Assembly (NCBI GenBank): GCA_032718475.1
Contig: JAUCBJ010006443.1
Span: 1-33,982, forward strand
Reading direction: 5' to 3'
DNA: 33,982 nucleotides
Origin: Nemertoderma westbladi
Lineage: Eukaryota > Animalia > Xenacoelomorpha
Numbering within the stretch: position 1 is the first letter of the stretch; each line of letters opens with the position of its first letter. Under the pieces are notes generated by a model, which was not told where the DNA came from, searched no databases, and saw nothing but the letters and a program-made list of their open reading frames with translations. Shown here piece after piece: positions 14,175 through 24,660 of this stretch. The translations under genes and the position numbers were made by a program.

Positions 14175-17100
14175 TAATCAAACACTTACCATTAGATCTC
14201 TGTGCACCACTTTGTGGTTGTGGCAGTAATCAAACACTTACCATTAGATCTCTGTGCACCACTTTGTGGTTGTGGCAGTAATCAAACACTTACCATTAGA
14301 TCTCTGTGCACCACTTTGTGGTTGTGGCAGTAATCAAACACTTACCATTAGATCTCTGTGCACCACTTTGTGGTTGTGGCAATAATCAAACACTTACCAT
14401 TAGATCTCTGTGCACCACTTTGTGGTTGTGACAGTAATCAAACACTTACCATTAGATCTCTGTGCACCACTTTGTGGTTGTGGCAGTAATCAAACACTTA
14501 CCATTAGATCTCTGTGCACCACCTTGTGGTTGTGGCAATAATCAAACACTTACCATTAGATCTCTGTGCACCACTTTGTGGTTGTGGCAGGAATCAAAAA
14601 CTTACCATTAGATCTCTGTGCACCACTTTGTGGTTGTGGCAGTAATCAAACACTTACCATTAGATCTCTGTGCACCACCTTGTGGCTGTGGCAGTAATCC
14701 AACACTTACCATTAGATCTCTGTGCACCACTTTGTGGTTGTGGCAATAATCAAAAACTTACCATTAGATCTCTGTGCACCACCTTGTGGTTGTGGCAGTA
14801 ATCAAACACTTACCATTAGATCTCTGTGCACCACTTTGTGGTTGTGGCAGTAATCAAACACTTACCATTAGATCTCTGTGCACCACTTTGTGGTTGTGGC
14901 AGTAATCAAACACTTACCATTAGATCTCTGTGCACCACTTTGTGGTTGTGGCAATAATCAAACACTTACCATTAGATCTCTGTGCACCACCTTGTGGTTG
15001 TGGCAGTAATCAAACACTTACCATTAGATCTCTGTGCACCACTTTGTGGTTGTGGCAGTAATCAAACACTTACCATTAGATCTCTGTGCACCACTTTGTG
15101 GTTGTGGCAATAATCAAACACTTACCATTAGATCTCTGTGCACCACTTTGTGGTTGTGGCAGTAATCAAACACTTACCATTAGATCTCTGTGCACCACTT
15201 TGTGGTTGTGGCAGTAATCAAACACTTACCATTAGATCTCTGTGCACCACTTTGTGGTTGTGGCAGTAATCAAACACTTACCATTAGATCTCTGTGCACC
15301 ACTTTGTGGTTGTGACAGTAATCAAACACTTACCATTAGATCTCTGTGCACCACTTTGTGGTTGTGGCAATAATCAAACACTTACCATTAGATCTCTGTG
15401 CACCACTTTGCGGCTGTGGCAATAATCAAACACTTACCATTAGATCTCTGTGCACCACTTTGTGGTTGTGGCAGTAATCAAACACTTACCATTAGATCTC
15501 TGTGCACCACTTTGCGGCTGTGGCAATAATCAAACACTTACCATTAGATCTCTGTGCACCACTTTGTGGTTGTGGCAGTAATCAAACACTTACCATTAGA
15601 TCTCTGTGCACCACTTTGTGGTTGTGGCAATAATCAAACACTTACCATTAGATCTCTGTGCACCACCTTGTGGTTGTGGCAGTAATCAAACACTTACCAT
15701 TAGATCTCTGTGCACCACTTTGTGGTTGTGGCAGTAATCAAACACTTACCATTAGATCTCTGTGCACCACCTTGTGGTTGTGGCAATAATCAAACACTTA
15801 CCATTAGATCTCTGTGCACCACCTTGTGGTTGTGGCAATAATCAAACACTTACCATTAGATCTCTGTGCACCACCTTGTGGTTGTGGCAGTAATCAAACA
15901 CTTACCATTAGATCTCTGTGCACCACTTTGTGGTTGTGGCAGTAATCAAACACTTACCATTAGATCTCTGTGCACCACTTTGTGGTTGTGGCAGTAATCA
16001 AACACTTACCATTAGATCTCTGTGCACCACTTTGTGGTTGTGGCAATAATCAAACACTTACCATTAGATCTCTGTGCACCACTTTGTGGTTGTGGCAGTA
16101 ATCCAACACTTACCATTAGATCTCTGTGCACCACTTTGTGGTTGTGGCAGTAATCAAACACTTACCTTTAGATCTCTGTGCACCACTTTGCGGTTGTGGC
16201 AATAATCAAACACTTACCATTAGATCTCTGTGCACCACTTTGCGGCTGTGGCAATAATGAAACACTTACCATTAGATCTCTGTGCACCACTTTGTGGTTG
16301 TGGCAGTAATCAAACACTTACCATTAGATCTCTGTGCACCACTTTGCGGCTGTGGCAATAATCAAACACTTACCATTAGATCTCTGTGCACCACTTTGTG
16401 GTTGTGGCAGTAATCAAACACTTACCATTAGATCTCTGTGCACCACTTTGTGGTTGTGGCAATAATCAAACACTTACCATTAGATCTCTGTGCACCACCT
16501 TGTGGTTGTGGCAGTAATCAAACACTTACCATTAGATCTCTGTGCACCACTTTGTGGTTGTGGCAGTAATCAAACACTTACCATTAGATCTCTGTGCACC
16601 ACCTTGTGGTTGTGGCAATAATCAAACACTTACCATTAGATCTCTGTGCACCACCTTGTGGTTGTGGCAATAATCAAACACTTACCATTAGATCTCTGTG
16701 CACCACCTTGTGGTTGTGGCAGTAATCAAACACTTACCATTAGATCTCTGTGCACCACTTTGTGGTTGTGGCAGTAATCAAACACTTACCATTAGATCTC
16801 TGTGCACCACTTTGTGGTTGTGGCAGTAATCAAACACTTACCATTAGATCTCTGTGCACCACTTTGTGGTTGTGGCAATAATCAAACACTTACCATTAGA
16901 TCTCTGTGCACCACTTTGTGGTTGTGGCAGTAATCCAACACTTACCATTAGATCTCTGTGCACCACTTTGTGGTTGTGGCAGTAATCAAACACTTACCTT
17001 TAGATCTCTGTGCACCACTTTGCGGTTGTGGCAATAATCAAACACTTACCATTAGATCTCTGTGCACCACTTTGTGGTTGTGGCAATAATCAAACACTTA

Positions 17101-17621
17101 CCATTAGATCTCTGTGCACCACTTTGTGGTTGTGGCAGTAATCAAACACTTACCATTAGATCTCTGTGCACCACTTTGTGGTTGTGGCAGTAATCAAACA
17201 CTTACCATTAGATCTCTGTGCACCACGTTGTGGTTGTGGCAATAATCAAACACTTACCATTAGATCTCTGTGCACCACTTTGTGGTTGTGGCAGTAATCA
17301 AACACTTACCATTAGATCTCTGTGCACCACTTTGTGGTTGTGGCAATAATCAAACACTTACCATTAGATCTCTGTGCACCACTTTGTGGTTGTGGCAATA
17401 ATCAAACACTTACCATTAGATCTCTGTGCACCACTTTGTGGTTGTGGCAGGAATCAAAAACTTACCATTAGATCTCTGTGCACCACCTTGTGGTTGTGAC
17501 AATAATCAAACACTTACCATTAGATCTCTGTGCACCACCTTGCGGCTGTGGCAGTAATCGAACACTTACCTTTAGATCTCTGTGCACCACCTTGCGGCTG
17601 TGGCAGTAATCCAACACTTAC

Positions 17622-17737
17622 CTTTAGATCTCTGTGCACCACCTTGCGGCTGTGGCAGTAATCGACTGCTGATAATATCTGCCAGAATACTTTCCGAGCT
17701 TGATGTTCCGGCATTCGCCCCTTTCCAGCTAAATATT
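17622..17737 (-). CDS. SIK2: SIK2-like kinase exon ending in the catalytic loop HRDLK
   Basis: Acceptor TTTTATTTATTTTATAG at 17739-17738, donor AAG|GTAAGT at 17621. The 116 nt give (E)[38 protein letters not shown], which joins in phase 0 to AENLLL of the next exon. Confidence 0.93.
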
Positions 17738-18049
17738 CTATAAAATAAATAAAATATTTCCTTTTTACATTAGAAATGGAACAAATTACGCAATATAACG
17801 ATACGATATAACTATATCATCGCCCGAGACTAGCACCCTTGTGACTCAAAGTCGCCAGGGCGACATATTTTCAAAATTTACATCACACTGCGACATTATT
17901 TCTCAGTATGTCCCTACGCCATGCATTTACTATAATATGTCCACATTGTCCAGTATATCACCGCGTCATTATTCTTACATTAGTACAATTACATTGGAAT
18001 ACAAACTATAACAAAATTCACAATAATTATTCCAAAACAAAAATGTAAT

Positions 18050-18115
18050 TGGGGAGAATCGAATCAGCGGCCTTTACATTAGTAACCCGACGCGAAATCT
18101 ACTACGCTACGCTAA
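18050..18115 (-). other. Degenerate tRNA-like (SINE head-like) sequence
   Basis: Minus strand GTAGCGTAGTAG...GCTGATTCGATTCTCCCC has imperfect A-box-like and B-box-like motifs at tRNA spacing. Confidence 0.3.
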
Positions 18116-18516
18116 TTTGGTACGAGATGAAAGTGTTTATAAATATAGTGTCATCCATCCCTGTTACAATGTTGTTCTAGAAAGTTTAAGTGCATAGTGT
18201 AGCCGTGGCGGGAAATTCAAAAGGTGATATACAGTCTAGACCGTAGGAAATAAGATACCGGTAGAAATTTGAATTAGTTATAACATAGTGACAGCAACAG
18301 ATTCTATTTTATTAACCTTGCATTGACTTAATTATCGCATCGCCACAATAGTTACAATTAATTCCCCACAAATAAATAAATTTACATTCGCCCCGTTGTT
18401 CATAATTCAGCACTTTAAAGCTTTTACGGCCCTTGTTTTGTTATTTTTAAGGAATAATGACGTATATAGTTATTATTATGTGGTGAAGTAGAAATAGCCA
18501 GATATGCCTCATATAT

Positions 18517-18778
18517 TTAATTATAGGAACTGGTCTAGGGGTCTTAATAATGAATGAATGATAAGTTTATTTTACCCAAAATAATTTAATCTTTTATTGG
18601 CGCAATTGTAGGACTAATCCCACCACATGCGTACTTTTTAACCGGAATTGAAATTAATATCTCATATCTCTCCAAACCACGTACGCATTTCGACCTTACT
18701 GGGTCTCATCAGCCTGGTGTCGGATTCGAACCTGGGACCTCGAGGTGGAAGCCAAGACAACAACCACTAGGCCACAGG
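18517..18778 (-). mobile_element. tRNA-headed SINE-like element with hammerhead motif (retrozyme/Sm-alpha-like organisation)
   Basis: Pol III A box TGGCCTAGTGG (18774-18764) and B box GGTTCGAATCC (18732-18722), followed directly by a hammerhead core. The body recurs inverted at 18809-19007. Confidence 0.6.
18676..18718 (-). ncRNA. Type I minimal hammerhead ribozyme motif (slightly degenerate)
   Basis: ACCAGG-CUGAUGA-GACC(CAGUAA)GGUC-GAAA-UGCG-UA|CGUGGU: intact core boxes, perfect 4-bp stem II, minimal stem III, GUA cleavage triplet, and stem I with one G.G mismatch. Confidence 0.7.
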
Positions 18779-18808
18779 TTCTTGAGATATGGAGTATTAA
18801 TTTCAAAG

Positions 18809-19007
18809 CCCAGTAAGGTCGAAATAAGTAAGGACGTGGTTTGGAGAGCTATGAGACATTAATTAATTGGAATATAAAAATTACGCGATTCTTAAATTTG
18901 TACAATACCCGGATAAAAAGTACGCATGTGATGGGATTAGTCCTACAATTGCGCAAATAAAAGATAAGTTATTTTATTTAAGACCCTAGACGAGTTCCTA
19001 TAATTAA
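18809..19007 (+). repeat. Inverted, 5'-truncated second copy of the SINE-like body (fold-back with 18517-18703)
   Basis: For example TTAATTATAGGAACTGGTCTAGGG vs CCCTAGACGAGTTCCTATAATTAA, and GCGCAATTGTAGGACTAATCCCA vs TGGGATTAGTCCTACAATTGCGC. Confidence 0.85.
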
Positions 19008-19074
19008 CTGTATATTAATAACACCTCGAAAATTATATCATCATTCATCATGATATTCGCCACAACACCTCGTT

Positions 19075-21202
19075 GTGGCAGAACCATCTGATCCGCGGGG
19101 TAACCCTGCAACCCACCCAATACCCGTATTGAACTGGTTTGCGGAACACCCTGTCGCTACCGTTTCGAACTGCCGCGCCGAATCGACGGAGATGTGGTCG
19201 ACGGGTGGATTTAGCCTCTACTGCTCTCGTCGGGGAAGAAGATCTTGGGTCTCCTCTCCACGATCTAGAGGCCTAATCGCTAAACTCTGTCTACTGTCTC
19301 TGGCTGGGGATGTTGAGACCAACCCAGGACCCAGCAGGACGCGGGCCCCGAAGATCAACTGTCCCGTCTGTCAACGAGCAAACTCTCGGAGTAAGATCGT
19401 CCAATGCGAGAGTTGTGACACATTTGTACATTTAAAATGTTACCGTAGGAAAAGCAGTAATTTATTCTCCACCAGAAACAATCTTGAACCAAGTTTTCTC
19501 TGCAATAGCTGTATTTTTACCGAACTTCCCTTTCATGATACTATTTTAGAATCAGAAACCGACGATTCATTCCTCACATCGCCTCTGCAAACTCCAAGTG
19601 ATGCTGAGAGTGAAACTTTTAAATTTTTTAGGAAAAAAGGTCTGCATTTTTTGCATTTAAACGCACGATCTCTGCTTCCCAAACTTTCCGAAATTCGTAT
19701 TTTAATCAATAAATCCAACCCAGCAGTTTTAACAATCTCTGAAACTTGGCTCGATGATAGTGTTTCTGATGGAGAAATTTATATTGATAATTACGTAGTT
19801 TTACGTAAGGATAGGGACAGACACGGTGGTGGTGTCTGTACTTACATTCAATGTGATTTAGCTTTTAATCGTAGGGAAGATTTAGAGACTTGTGACGAAG
19901 TTTTACTGGTGGAACTTTTACTTCCTAAAACTAAACCTATTTTAATCGGTACTTTATATCGACCCCCTAAACAATCGGATTTTTTGGAAAATTTTGAAAA
20001 TACAATTTTATGTAATCTTAGGTCAGACTGTGAAATATATTTCTTAGGTGATTTTAATATCTGTTACTATCACAAAGCATCCCCCATCTGTAAACAGTAC
20101 CAAAGTATTTTAAATTTGTTTGGTTTAAAACAAATTATTCGAGATTCTACCAGAATTACCAGTAAAACTTCTACTTTACTAGATCACATCCTTTGTAATA
20201 ATACCGATATTATTTCTCAATCTGGGGTTTTACCTATAGGTCTAAGCGATCATTTTATAGTTTTTTGTACAAGAAAGACACAAAAATCTTTTTTTGGGGA
20301 TCATAAAACAGTAACAGTTAGATCTATGAAAAATTACAGCAAGGAACGCTTTTTAAGTTTGTTAGTTAATTCTGACTGGGAACCCTGTTTTAAGGCTGCT
20401 GACATTAACCTTGCGTACACTGTTTTTAAAAATATATTTCTAAAGGCATTTAATACTGTAGCACCAATTAAAGAAATTAGTCTTAAACAACGCACTGAGC
20501 CCTGGATGACCTCGGGTATTCTTAGTAATATCAGAGAAAGAGATAACTATTTGTATAAATTTAGGAAATACCTTGTTTTAGCTGATTATAATAATTACTG
20601 CAAATATAGAAACCTTGTCCAACGGGAAATAAAAAAAGCTAAATCTGAATATTTGTACAACAAAATAAGTGAGAATAAAGATAATCCTAAAAGTCTATGG
20701 TCTACCCTAAAATCTTTAGGTTATAAAAACCTTAAATCTAAATCGAATATTGTTCTGCAAGATAACGGTGAGCTGATTCATGATCATACTCTAGTTAGTA
20801 ATTTATTTAATAATTATTTTACTAATGTTGCCTCTAATTTAGTTAAGAAGTTACCGTTACCAAGTAATAAATATAGTATAGGGTCCGAAACTCTAAATAA
20901 TTTTTATTTAGAAAAGTTACAAAATTCAGAAAAGTTATTTTTAAAACCCGTTTCTGAGGATTTCGTTTTTCCAAATCTATTTAGCCTATCAGCCTCAAAA
21001 AGTACCGGTCTAGACCTAATACCTGCCCGTTTTCTTAAGGATGGTGCTGAAGTACTTAAAGTGCCTATTACTTTTATTATTAATTACTCTATCGTAGATA
21101 ATGTAGTACCAGACGAACTGAAATTAGCTAAGGTTGTTCCTCTGTATAAAAAGAATAGTAAAGTAGAACCCTGTAATTACAGACCTGTTTGTATCTTAAG
21201 TA
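19075..21202 (+). pseudogene. LINE ORF part 1: 2A-like peptide, PHD-like finger, AP endonuclease, start of RT
   Basis: GDVETNPGP; CPVC..CESC...HLKC..CNSC; APE motifs LNARSL, SETWL, GGGV, YRPP, GDFN, LDHI, SDH; RT N-terminal KSTGLD, VVPLYKK, NYRPVCILS. First in-frame ATG is at 19192. Confidence 0.93.
19273..19332 (+). other. 2A-like ribosomal StopGo sequence LIAKLCLLSLAGDVETNPG|P
   Basis: Exact D(V/I)ExNPGP consensus preceded by a leucine-rich stretch. Confidence 0.88.
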
Positions 21203-22340
21203 TTTTTATTTTTATTTTTTTCACTGAACGTGATTAAATTATTATTATTCAATAATATGAGAAACCCACCACCAAACTAAAATATTTGCATATACAAATG
21301 TATTAATTAACCGTGAAAAAAACAAAGGGCGGGGGAAATTGAAATTTGTCAAGTTTGCTGTCTGTCTCCTTTCAAGTTAGGCTTGTGTCCGCATTGGCCA
21401 GACGGATGGATTCTTCGACCATGGCGTGGACAGGGCGCTTACGGGCTGACCTGGACCCGCATACACACATAAGGGAGGCCCGCAGCAGTGCAAAGTTCAG
21501 TTCTCGCCGAACCCAATTCATGCCCTCACTGTACCGTATCTCGCGGCGCTCCGCCAACTTTGAAGCGAGTTGCTTCACGAACAGCGTAGAGGAAGGTAAA
21601 GTACCCCCCAACGCGGAGAAGATGAGCGGAGTAAATGTAGTGTGCTCAACCTCTCGGATCTGTTCGAGATACTTATTGCGCTTCCGATTTTCGTGGAACA
21701 GATGGGCGGCGTCGAGATTCATAGCTGCGTTCGTCGGGGCAAGGGGGTTGAAAACGAAGACGTCGATATACGTCTTCTGATAGCGATTCCCCCAGAAACT
21801 GGAAACCGAAACGTCCAGTCGGGCTTGCTGGTCGACGGAAGTGGACGCGCGGACGAAATGCTCGCCAGTGATTGGCTGCAGGTGCGGCTCGATGACGACA
21901 TTATGGGCGACTTCCGTGAGGGTGGAGGCGACGAAATCCCATAATTCATTGTGCCTTATCGACAGATAACCGCCGGTGGGACAAGACAAGATATGGTTTA
22001 TAGAAAATCTTGTCCAACAAGCACAACGGGCGGGGAGCGACTCCGGTTGCCACCCATAATGCAAGCACAGCGCGTCGCGAAACTCCTCTTTACTGAGATG
22101 GGTATCGTGTAGAGTTATCGGGCGCACGTTGAGCCAGGCCGAGGCTCCAGGTTCAGCAACTAACTCCCTCAACTTCTGCTGATGTTCAGGTAAGTTGTAA
22201 CTGACCTTCTCTATTTTATCCTTTAAAGTTGGAACTGCCCTGGCCTTTAATCTTGTCACGATGTGTCGCTGGGCTTCCTTTATGGCCGCTGGGTTTTCCA
22301 GCTCCGTGTAGGGTTCGCAAATCAACCTAGAAGAAGAAGA
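21203..22340 (-). mobile_element. 5'-truncated CRE-like non-LTR retrotransposon (restriction-like endonuclease type)
   Basis: TSD ATCTTAAGTA(TT) at 21193 and 22341; A-rich tail on the minus strand at ~21203-21221. ORF 21372-22325 has a CxC..H..C knuckle and RH, ARLD, IDV, ExxKxxKY, FTPLIFSALGG motifs of RLE domains. Confidence 0.82.
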
Positions 22341-22458
22341 ATCTTAAGTATTGTATCTAAAATTCTAGAACGTTCTGTTTTTCTACAGCTGGAAGCACAT
22401 CTTAGTAGGCTAAATCTGATCTATGAACTTCAGTCCGGTTTTTGTAAATCATATTCTA
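22341..22458 (+). pseudogene. LINE ORF part 2 (RT segment between two insertions)
   Basis: ILSIVSKILERSVFLQLEAHL...QSGFCKSYS, in frame with parts 1 and 3 once the insertions are removed. Confidence 0.9.
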
Positions 22459-23102
22459 TGTGAGCAGATTCAATTCCCTACATTGCCCAGCCAAAATGGG
22501 ACCAGTGGCATTTTACCAATATAGTTGGCAATGCGAGATTACCAATAATAATCTCGTCTCATAACCAACTCGGGGGGGGGGGGGGGACACGCCCTAAGCC
22601 ACAGAGAGAGGTGAGAGGTCAAAGCACCTCAGAGGGACAACCCAGCTAGCGAGGCTAGCACCAGGGAGTAACACCTACAGGGAGTGGTGAAGTGACAATT
22701 AGTATATAAGCCAATAGCGGACATGGAAGCACGTGGGGAAGGACAGGAGGGCATCCATTGGGTATCAAAGGCCACAGTAGCGTAGAGCTGAAACCAATAT
22801 GTAGCAATCATATATTTACTCTAGTTACTGATTTACTGGTCAGTTGTTGATTATCACACAGTTGCGGACCGGCATAGTTTTGACCGTCATTTCATATGTG
22901 CTGCTGTCGTCATTTATGCTATACTGATTATTGTTACTATACCTGTATACATCTGACTATGCTATTATTTCTGAGATCATTAACACTGAGAAACAAACTC
23001 TGTTATTTTCCCCAATGGCCTTCGGCCAAAGATACCAGCCCAGCAGCCAAGTGACGCGTACAAATCTTACCCGGTCGGGATCTCAGACTCGATCCCGTCA
23101 CA
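22459..23102 (+). repeat. 5' LTR (644 bp)
   Basis: TGTGAGC...CCCGTCACA; direct repeat of 28392-29035. Confidence 0.93.
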
Positions 23103-24404
23103 GTCAAAACTACCAACACGAACTGTGACCACAACTCGAGGAGGAGGAAGAAAAGATGAGTGAACGACACCAGACGCCCCAGATTCCAGATGGAGAAAAA
23201 ACGCCACCGCGGACCCCGGACGACACCAACCAAATGATCCGAGAGGCTGCGACGAGGTGATACCATCCCGTCACCCCGGATTCGCCAGCGAGGGACGATC
23301 CGGATGCCCAAGCAGAGGGCGGCCGACGACAAAGAGGGAGAGATAACGAGGAGTCGACGCGAGACACCAACGGCGGTCGGAGTACCGAAGTCGCCGGCCA
23401 ACCACAGGCCGCGGGCGACAAACGGCCCACCGGAATGGCGATGGTGGGGCCGACGGTACGACGCTGGACGAGCAGGGCAGGTAGAGTCAACGAGGAGGAC
23501 GTCGGGACAAGTGATCGCCTGCGACGGGCCTACAACTCTACCAAGAAGATATTAAAAGAGGCCAAGGAAGGGAGAAAGGTAGACCAGCCTAAACTATATC
23601 AGAGGCTAAGTGAGTCTAATGAACACTTTCGCTACTTAGTCCGTTATGGACAGGGAGAACTGGCGAGTGAGAGGGCTAGGGGGGTCACCACATAACTGTT
23701 TGAATTGTGGCGATCCAAGGTGATGGAGGCGGACGTAGTGTACGTAGGGCCTTACTTAGTGGATGCCAGGGGAATTAAATTAGTGGGATGGGCGGACCCG
23801 CACGACGGCGAATCCAAGGTTAACCCCGATGATTCGGTGTCGTCGGTTAGTAGGAACCCCAGTAAACGGGGGGAAATTAGTAGGACAGAGAGGCGACGGG
23901 AGTCCGTCGCGACCGATAAGTCCGCTACATCCTCCGCGAAAGCAAGACGGGTGTTAGAGATAGATCTGGCGTGTCAATTAGACATTGTTGCGCTGGATCA
24001 AAAGGAACTGGAAAGGCAGTTAGATGAGGGAACTGCGTTGTTAGAGAGGGAGAGAGAATTAGCGAGAGAGTGTAAAGAGAGGGCCGAGAGGGTGGCGAGA
24101 AACTATAGGGAGCGGGAGGAGAGAGAGATGAACGAGCGTAGAGAGCGAAAGGCGAGGGAGACAGAGTTAGCCAACCAGAGTATGAGGGAGGATAGAGAGA
24201 GAGAGAGAGAGGGCGGGCAAGCGCTTGCGGGATGAAATGCATACCCAGTTGAGAGGGTTAATGCAATACCAAGCGAAACGAAAGTGCCGGTTAGAACTGG
24301 CGCGAATGGGTTTATCGGAGAGTGAGGCTGGTTCGGGTAGTATTTATGAGGAACAGGTACCGGACGACAGACCCAAGACCGTACGGATGGGGGGGGGGGG
24401 GGGG

Positions 24405-24660
24405 TAATAACAATACGCTTGGTGAAGTTAATATTAATAGTACCATAATAGATAACCCTAATCAAACCTTTTTTGCAGGAAATAATATTTTACCCGGTAA
24501 TAATAATCCTAATTTAAATGTGCAAAATAATTTAAATAATAATAGAAATAATACCGAACAAAATAATTTAAATAATTTAAACAATAATTCAAATAATAAT
24601 ATGATAAATATTAATGGCGTAGTAAACGAGGGTAAAATTATTAACGGTGCAATTAATACA
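24405..24660 (+). repeat. AAT-rich low-complexity tract (Asn-rich in one frame) inside the LTR element
   Basis: Repeated AATAAT/AATTTAAAT motifs, with an abrupt composition change after a G-run. Confidence 0.7.

Larger units (their letters stand above)
8053..17663 (-). repeat. 52-bp tandem array (~179 units, 9.6 kb) derived from the 3' end and donor of the SIK exon at 17737-17622
   Basis: Minus-strand unit GATTACTGCCACAACCACAAAGTGGTGCACAGAGATCTAATG|GTAAGTGTTT = 42 exon-derived nt ([14 protein letters not shown] codons) plus 10 intron nt. The period was verified (8058 to 8110). The array fills nearly the whole intron. Confidence 0.97.

Noticed and set aside
8053-17621. Array of mutually exclusive alternative exons (Dscam-like)
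   Set aside because: Units lack acceptors, are 52 bp (frame-breaking) and contain only the exon's last 42 nt.
18712-18780. Functional tRNA gene
   Set aside because: A and B boxes are present, but acceptor and anticodon stems do not pair convincingly; better read as a SINE head.
19055-19210. HDV-like ribozyme at the LINE 5' end
   Set aside because: Only a simple hairpin is evident; I could not build the nested P1/P1.1/P2/P3 pseudoknot.
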